21,181 bases of DNA. Origin: Thermoproteus sp. Its GTDB lineage: Archaea > Thermoproteota > Thermoprotei > Thermoproteales > Thermoproteaceae. A program made the translations under genes and the position numbers. The notes under the pieces are model-generated. The model searched no databases and was not told the DNA's origin. It saw nothing but the letters and a program-made list of their open reading frames with translations. Positions 16,121 through 21,181 of this stretch are shown here, piece by piece; position 1 is the stretch's first letter; each line of letters opens with the position of its first letter. The stretch covers positions 1 through 21,181 of the forward strand of contig JBMFIG010000023.1 in NCBI GenBank assembly GCA_049976425.1, written 5' to 3'.

Positions 16121-17109
16121 TATTCCTCAGCGAGGTAGCCGGCTTCCGCTAATATCTTCATCTCCTCGTGGGTGAGGCGTTCGCCCCTTAGCAGTTTCTG
16201 GTATATCTCCTCGGCCTTGGCCCTCAAGTCCTCCTTCTTCGCGTTCTGCGCCTCTAGGGCAGTCTTATACCTCTCCGAGAGATCGGCGGCCTTGAGCAGT
16301 ATGGTGTATTTGTTCAGCTCATCCCTAAGCTGGGCCAACCGAGCCCTAAGCTCCTTCCTCTTTATAGCTAGATCGACGATGGCCTTCTTTAAGTCGTCCC
16401 TCATCTGTTTCAGCTCGTCCCTCTTCTTCTTCAGCTCTGTTAGCTGTTTATACGCCTCCTCCCTCTCCTTCTTGAGCTTCGCAATCTCCTCCTTTACGGA
16501 ATTTAGAGAATTCACGAGGTTAGCTATGTTCTGTCTAACCTCGTCCTTTCTCTTCTTCAGCTCATCCAACTTGTTTTTTATCTCCTGTATGTGGGATCTC
16601 AGCTTCTCGAGGGAGTCTGCTAAGTTCAACTCCTCCTCTATCTCGGATATCGTCTTGATGAACTGGCGCTCCCACTCCGGATCCGTCGGCGAGGTCTCGA
16701 AGTAGTACTCGAGCTTCTCCACCAACATCTTCATCTTCTCCTTGTCCAGCGGCCTGCCCCCCACGTATTCGTTAATGGCGCTGAGGGCTTTCCTATACGC
16801 GTCGAGCTTCTCCCTGTGCTTCTGCATCTCCATGTTTATCTCCAAGATCTGCGACTTGGCTTTACGTATGGAATCTATTATCTCCTGGCGCTTAGCCCGT
16901 AGCTGGCCCAGATCCTCCCTAATCTTCTGGAACTTAGCCCTTATGTTGTCTATCTGGGATCTGACCTCCGCCAGACTCCTCCTGATCTCGCCCAGAGCAT
17001 TTCGTTTATCCTCAATCTCCTTAGTGATAGCGGCTATCTGCCCCTCTAGTTGATCCATCGACGCGCTCAATTCACGTATCTTGCTCAAAAGCTCGTCCTT
17101 GTTGATCAC
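16120..17109 (-). CDS. Long archaeal coiled-coil protein (COG1340-like)
   Basis: Continuous heptads with a central LEYYFET-P...ERQFIK hinge and C-terminal AEEIYQKL-RGERLT-EE. Confidence 0.85.
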   Translation of the reverse strand: MINKDELLSKIRELSASMDQLEGQIAAITKEIEDKRNALGEIRRSLAEVRSQIDNIRAKFQKIREDLGQLRAKRQEIIDSIRKAKSQILEINMEMQKHREKLDAYRKALSAINEYVGGRPLDKEKMKMLVEKLEYYFETSPTDPEWERQFIKTISEIEEELNLADSLEKLRSHIQEIKNKLDELKKRKDEVRQNIANLVNSLNSVKEEIAKLKKEREEAYKQLTELKKKRDELKQMRDDLKKAIVDLAIKRKELRARLAQLRDELNKYTILLKAADLSERYKTALEAQNAKKEDLRAKAEEIYQKLLRGERLTHEEMKILAEAGYLAEE

Positions 17110-17212
17110 GTGGGGGGAGTACCAGCGATATTTAGCTTTTCTTGCTCAAAGCACGGCACGCCTTCTGTTTACAAAAAAGAAATAATTATATTCCCATGTG
17201 TACCTTCCTACG

Positions 17213-17923
17213 ATGACTCAGCCGTATAGGGATGTCGCCATGTATATAGCAGGCGATATAATAATGTCGGAAAATCCCGGCGAGGCGATAAAGAGGTGGC
17301 GGCTGGTCTTCGGCCTTACACAGACGGCGTTAGCCGTAAGGCTGAACACCTCGCCGAGCGTTATCAGCGATTACGAGTCAGGCCGTAGGAAATTCCCCGG
17401 CGCCAGGTTCGTGAAGAGGCTGGTCCAGGCGCTCATAGAGGCGGATCTGGAGCGCGGTAGCCCCATTGTCAATCTGTTGATGAGGCAGATACTAAAGGAG
17501 AAGTACTGGATCGCCGTCCTTGACATGCGGGACTTCACGTCCCCCGTGCCTATTAGGGAGTTTTTAAATGCCATAGATGCGGAGGTCTTGATAGAGCCTC
17601 CGCCCGTAGATATATACGGCTACACCCTGGTGGACAGCATAAAGCTCGTCTTGGAGGTGCCCTCCAACGAGTATCTGCGCCTCTACGGCACGACGTCCCA
17701 AAGGGCGGCCATATTCACAAAGGTATCGACCGGAAGATCTCCCGTGATAGCCGTGAAGGCTATGTCGGCCGTAGTTAATCTGAAACCTGCGGTGATGGTG
17801 CTACACGGCGTCAAGGAGGTGGATAGCCTGGCCTTGGAAATATGTAAACGGGAATATATTCCGCTAGCGGTGACAAATCTAGAAATAGAGACGTTAATAG
17901 AGAATTTACGTAGATTTAAGTAA
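17213..17923 (+). CDS. HTH transcriptional regulator (COG1709-like)
   Basis: IAGDII-S-PG-AIKRWR-F, SPSVISDYESGRRK-PG, YGYT-VDS and VSTGRSP motifs. Start ATG 17213 preferred from TATA spacing (ORF track: 17198). Confidence 0.88.
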   Translation: MTQPYRDVAMYIAGDIIMSENPGEAIKRWRLVFGLTQTALAVRLNTSPSVISDYESGRRKFPGARFVKRLVQALIEADLERGSPIVNLLMRQILKEKYWIAVLDMRDFTSPVPIREFLNAIDAEVLIEPPPVDIYGYTLVDSIKLVLEVPSNEYLRLYGTTSQRAAIFTKVSTGRSPVIAVKAMSAVVNLKPAVMVLHGVKEVDSLALEICKREYIPLAVTNLEIETLIENLRRFK

Positions 17924-17924
17924 A

Positions 17925-18413
17925 CTATTTCTTGTGGACTATTTTCGAAATCCTCATTAGATTGCCCAAGCCCTTGGTGGCCTCATGGCGCCTCTTAGCC
18001 GCCCTCTCGGCCGCCTTCTTCTTCCACTTCCTCGCGTGGGTCTCCTTATATCTAGTGCTCAACAGACCTCTGGCCCTTCTCCCGGCCGACGTCAAGCCCC
18101 TAAACGCGCGTCCTCTCTTAGGCTTTATCGAAACCGAGACAGGTATCTTCGGCTCGGGAGGAGACGTCTGCCCTTCCAGCACCTTGACCAGCCACTCCTT
18201 CAGCGCCTGTACGTTGACTTCGTGGATAGACTTGCGCCTCGTATCCACGTAAAGGCCCAACAGCCTGGCCTGCTCCACGGTCAAGCCCGCCTGCTCCACC
18301 TCGCCAGCGGAAAACCCTCTGCCCACCTTCCATCTGGCCACGCCGCCGCTACTTATGGTTGCCGGCTCCTTAACGAGGGGCTTAGGCGGCGTCGCCGCTA
18401 TGGCGTCAGCCAT
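17925..18413 (-). CDS. rpl13e: 50S ribosomal protein eL13 with long basic C-terminal extension
   Basis: GRGFS-GE-AGL-AR-LG-VD-RRKS-H-NV motif. TTTATAAA at 18441-18434 supports ATG 18413 (alternative GTG 18419). Confidence 0.92.
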   Translation of the reverse strand: MADAIAATPPKPLVKEPATISSGGVARWKVGRGFSAGEVEQAGLTVEQARLLGLYVDTRRKSIHEVNVQALKEWLVKVLEGQTSPPEPKIPVSVSIKPKRGRAFRGLTSAGRRARGLLSTRYKETHARKWKKKAAERAAKRRHEATKGLGNLMRISKIVHKK

Positions 18414-18505
18414 AGCCACACGATTAGAACCAATTTATAAAGTCTTCCCCCGTAGTGGCGAAAGCAGGCTGAAAAGTTTGAAATACCACCTCGTATCCCT
18501 CCGAC

Positions 18506-18844
18506 GTGCAGAGATTGTTGGCGTCGCTGGCCGTGTATAGGTTTGTCGCAGTACTAGTGATATACTTCGTCACGCTTTTGATGGACCCGGTGGCTGTCGT
18601 AAGCATAGTAATAACCGCTATAGCCTCACTTGTGCTCTCCATAGCGAGGGAGCCAGAGATCTACGTGGTCATAATACCTCTTATAGCGCTCGTCGACTCC
18701 ATAGGCCTCGTGCTCGCCATATCGTCGCTCGCCGGTATAGCTGGCACGTTGACTGGAGACACCTCGCCATATATAGCATTTTATCTGGCCGCCGTTGCGT
18801 GGGACGTAGAGGTGTTTAGACTTTCGCGCCTCTTATCCGCCTAG
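18506..18844 (+). CDS. Small hypothetical membrane protein (~4 TM)
   Basis: 112 aa, almost entirely hydrophobic, fills the gap between genes; GAAAAG-TTTGAAAT promoter-like motif ~29 nt upstream. Confidence 0.7.
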   Translation: MQRLLASLAVYRFVAVLVIYFVTLLMDPVAVVSIVITAIASLVLSIAREPEIYVVIIPLIALVDSIGLVLAISSLAGIAGTLTGDTSPYIAFYLAAVAWDVEVFRLSRLLSA

Positions 18845-19180
18845 AACCTCAACGCTCTTCTCCACCGCGTACTCGTCGAAATTCCCGTACGCCACTATCC
18901 TGAATACTACTCTCCCGCCTGACCTCGCCCTTATCTTGTATATCCCTTCGCCCACCCTCTCGACGTCCACAGGCCCCTCGACCGAATACTCTATGTCGTA
19001 GTCTCTGAGCATCACGGAGAGGTTCGAGAAGTCTACTAGTCCCTCGCCCTTTACCTTCGCAACTACGGGATAGGCCTTCAATATCCGTAAAATCTTTATA
19101 TCATACTCAATTTTATAAATTACATATAATCCTATACTGAATATAAAAATAAAAAATATTAAATCTATTGTAATATTCAT
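18833..19180 (-). CDS. Hypothetical protein with N-terminal membrane anchor and beta-rich domain
   Basis: 115 aa; ATGA overlap with the HIT-like gene; hydrophobic residues ~3-22. Confidence 0.7.
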   Translation of the reverse strand: MNITIDLIFFIFIFSIGLYVIYKIEYDIKILRILKAYPVVAKVKGEGLVDFSNLSVMLRDYDIEYSVEGPVDVERVGEGIYKIRARSGGRVVFRIVAYGNFDEYAVEKSVEVLGG

Positions 19181-19491
19181 CTATATGATTCAAAGATCAT
19201 CTGAGGAGTTTGGGGGGTGGTCTTGAGGCCATAGAATGCGTTGAAGCTCATGTCGCCACACCAACGGGGCAGTACCTCTATCTTGTCGTCCCACAGCACT
19301 ACGTTGTAGGCCTCGGGTCTGTAGGAGCGCTTCATCTTTGCTATAAGCTCCTTGAGGTCTTTCACCAGATCGAAAAGTTCGCTGTCCGACATATCCGCCA
19401 CTCGCTTATGCAGATACATGACTACATGGCCGCTACTAAGCGGCGTTTCCGCTGGCTTTACCGTAATCAAATCGTTGCTTTTTATAATCAT
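19177..19491 (-). CDS. HIT-fold-like protein lacking the histidine triad
   Basis: P-S-GHV-...KRV-D-S--E, helix, Y-PEAYN and VLPRW-GD match the HIT layout; the HxHxH motif is absent. ATGA overlap with tfb. Confidence 0.7.
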   Translation of the reverse strand: MIIKSNDLITVKPAETPLSSGHVVMYLHKRVADMSDSELFDLVKDLKELIAKMKRSYRPEAYNVVLWDDKIEVLPRWCGDMSFNAFYGLKTTPQTPQMIFESYR

Positions 19492-20486
19492 TTGATCGGT
19501 ATCTTTATATCAAGCGCCTTGGCTAGCTCCTTATATCTATTCCTAACGGTGACTTCGGTCACGCCGGCCGCTATCGCGAAGTCCTTCTGGGTCCTGTTAT
19601 CGCCATGTAATAGAGAGGCGATATAGACCGCCGCCGCGGCGAGGCCCGCGGGGTCTTTGCCCGCGGTCAGGCCGGCTTTCTTGGCCTTATTTATTATGTC
19701 GATCGCCGTCTTCACGACGTCCCCTGTCAGCTTGAGTTGCTCGGCCACCCTAGATATATAGAGCACCGGATCGCTTATGGGCACCCTGACGTTGAGCTCG
19801 CGCAACAGCAATCTGTAACATCTGGCCACCTCCCTTCTAGAGGCCTTTGTGAATCTTATAAGCTCGTCGAGAGGCCTCGGCGTCTTGAGCATCCTACACG
19901 CCATATACAGCGCGGCGGCAGCCATGGCCTCAACAGAGCGCCCTCTGACAAGCTCCTTCTCCAACGCTTGTCTATAGATCTCCAGAGCCTGCTCTACGCA
20001 GGGCCGCGGGACGCCCATGGCGCTCTTGAGCCTCTCCAGCTCCTGCGCCGCCTGGACGAAGTTGCGCTCATAGGACGTCTGTACGCGAGCCCGCGTCTGC
20101 CACTTCCTCAGCCTTATGACCTCCAACTTCCGCTTAAGATCAAGCTCCTTGCCCGACACGTCCTTATCCCTCCAGTCTATGACGGTGGTTAAGGCCTCCG
20201 AGACCAGACGCGTGATGGGCGCGCCTGTGCGGGCTCTCTGCCCCTTCTCCTCGTTAGTGAAGGCGCGCCATTCGGGGCCTAGATCCACCAAGTTCTCCGA
20301 TATCACGGTGCCGCACACCACACATACTATTTCTCCTCTCTCATAGTTGTAAACGAACTTGTCATTTCCGCAGACCGGACATATATACGGCTCTCCGGTC
20401 TCTGTGATTAAGCTTAAATAGCCATCGCTACTTTTTGTCACTCGGAGCTTGTGAGGTATCCCCTGGGCGTTGGGCTGGGAAGACAT
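19488..20486 (-). CDS. tfb: Transcription initiation factor IIB
   Basis: Zn ribbon CPVC...CVVCG, B-reader GPEWRAF, cyclin repeats GRSVE and GKDP-GLAAAA-Y, and TEVTVRNRYKEL. Confidence 0.97.
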   Translation of the reverse strand: MSSQPNAQGIPHKLRVTKSSDGYLSLITETGEPYICPVCGNDKFVYNYERGEIVCVVCGTVISENLVDLGPEWRAFTNEEKGQRARTGAPITRLVSEALTTVIDWRDKDVSGKELDLKRKLEVIRLRKWQTRARVQTSYERNFVQAAQELERLKSAMGVPRPCVEQALEIYRQALEKELVRGRSVEAMAAAALYMACRMLKTPRPLDELIRFTKASRREVARCYRLLLRELNVRVPISDPVLYISRVAEQLKLTGDVVKTAIDIINKAKKAGLTAGKDPAGLAAAAVYIASLLHGDNRTQKDFAIAAGVTEVTVRNRYKELAKALDIKIPIK

Positions 20487-20507
20487 CCCTTATAAATACT
20501 TTATCAC

Positions 20508-20522
20508 TATATAAACTTTTCG
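20508..20522 (-). promoter_or_regulatory. BRE + TATA box of tfb
   Basis: Minus strand CGAAAAG-TTTATATA; the TATA box begins 29 nt before ATG 20486. Confidence 0.75.
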
Positions 20523-20561
20523 TTTACATATTTACTTATATAATTTATATAAATACCATGA

Positions 20562-21181
20562 TTAGCTTTTCTTAGATATAGAAATAATTTTTCTTATTTT
20601 AGCTAATAATCCATATATTTGTAGCAAACCATTTGCGCCACGTAGAATCGCGTAATGCGCCTTGCTTACCTCGAACGCGAGGTCCGGCTTTAGGTGTTCC
20701 GGGACGTCTAGCCTGAGGACCTCGCGGTGGATTTGCCTCACGAGCTCTAGCTCGCCCACGCCGCCGTCCGCAACCAGCCCATATATCTGCGACATGGCCT
20801 TGCTGAAGCTTCCTCCTATGGCCTCGGCGATTATTTGCCGTAGCATCGACGGACTGACGTAGCCAAGCGCCTTGGCGACGGCTTCCTCGTCTACGGCCTT
20901 CGTCATGGAGCTGGCTATCTGGAGCGCCGTTATCGCCCTCCTCATATCGCCTTGCGTGAAGTCGAATATGGCGTCCAGCGCCTCTTGCGAGATCTTGACG
21001 CCCTCCTGCTCAGCTATAAACCTAAGCCTTGACAAGACCGCCTCCTTGGGCAACGACGAGAATCTAAATATGGCGCACCTCGACTGTATCGGCTCGATTA
21101 TGCCCGACACGTAGTTTGCTAGTAGTATGAATCTTGTGGTGTTTGCGTACATCTCCATTATTCTCCTCAAGGCTTGTTGCG
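20562..21181 (-). CDS. rfcS: Replication factor C small subunit (5' part outside the window)
   Basis: QQALRRIME, RFILLANY-S-IIEPIQSRC and GDMRRAI motifs; the frame stays open to the window edge. Confidence 0.95.
   Translation of the reverse strand, partial: QQALRRIMEMYANTTRFILLANYVSGIIEPIQSRCAIFRFSSLPKEAVLSRLRFIAEQEGVKISQEALDAIFDFTQGDMRRAITALQIASSMTKAVDEEAVAKALGYVSPSMLRQIIAEAIGGSFSKAMSQIYGLVADGGVGELELVRQIHREVLRLDVPEHLKPDLAFEVSKAHYAILRGANGLLQIYGLLAKIRKIISISKKS

Noticed and set aside
16120-17109. Coiled-coil protein as an SMC/Rad50 ATPase or defence component
   Set aside because: No Walker A/B or signature motif; it fits a conserved archaeal coiled-coil family in a housekeeping context.

Overview
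GC-rich archaeal chromosomal segment. Gene content, short overlaps, leaderless-type TATA spacing and an unlinked 5S gene point to Thermoproteales (Thermoproteus/Pyrobaculum-like; inference). The left part is accessory/metabolic: a Ni/Co-transporter-like membrane protein, a DUF998-like protein, an MFS + hydantoinase/oxoprolinase A/B operon, a solitary 5S rRNA, a coiled-coil protein, aldose 1-epimerase and a Zn-alcohol dehydrogenase. The right part is a core information-processing cluster: kinase, PUA protein, HTH regulators, trm1, UPF0200/UPF0201, Trm11-like methylase, DUF373, coiled-coil protein, rpl13e, HIT-like protein, tfb and a partial rfcS. The main signals not in the ORF track are four box C/D guide sRNA candidates (one apparently a dual guide for 23S helix 70-71, a back-to-back divergent pair, and one with a compensated K-turn and 11-bp stem), an eL13 carrying an eL15-like C-terminal tail, a HIT-fold protein without its histidine triad, inverted repeats at two transporter promoters, and sharp AT-rich islands. 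No CRISPR array, tRNA or intact mobile element was seen. All family calls are from motif recognition, not database searches.
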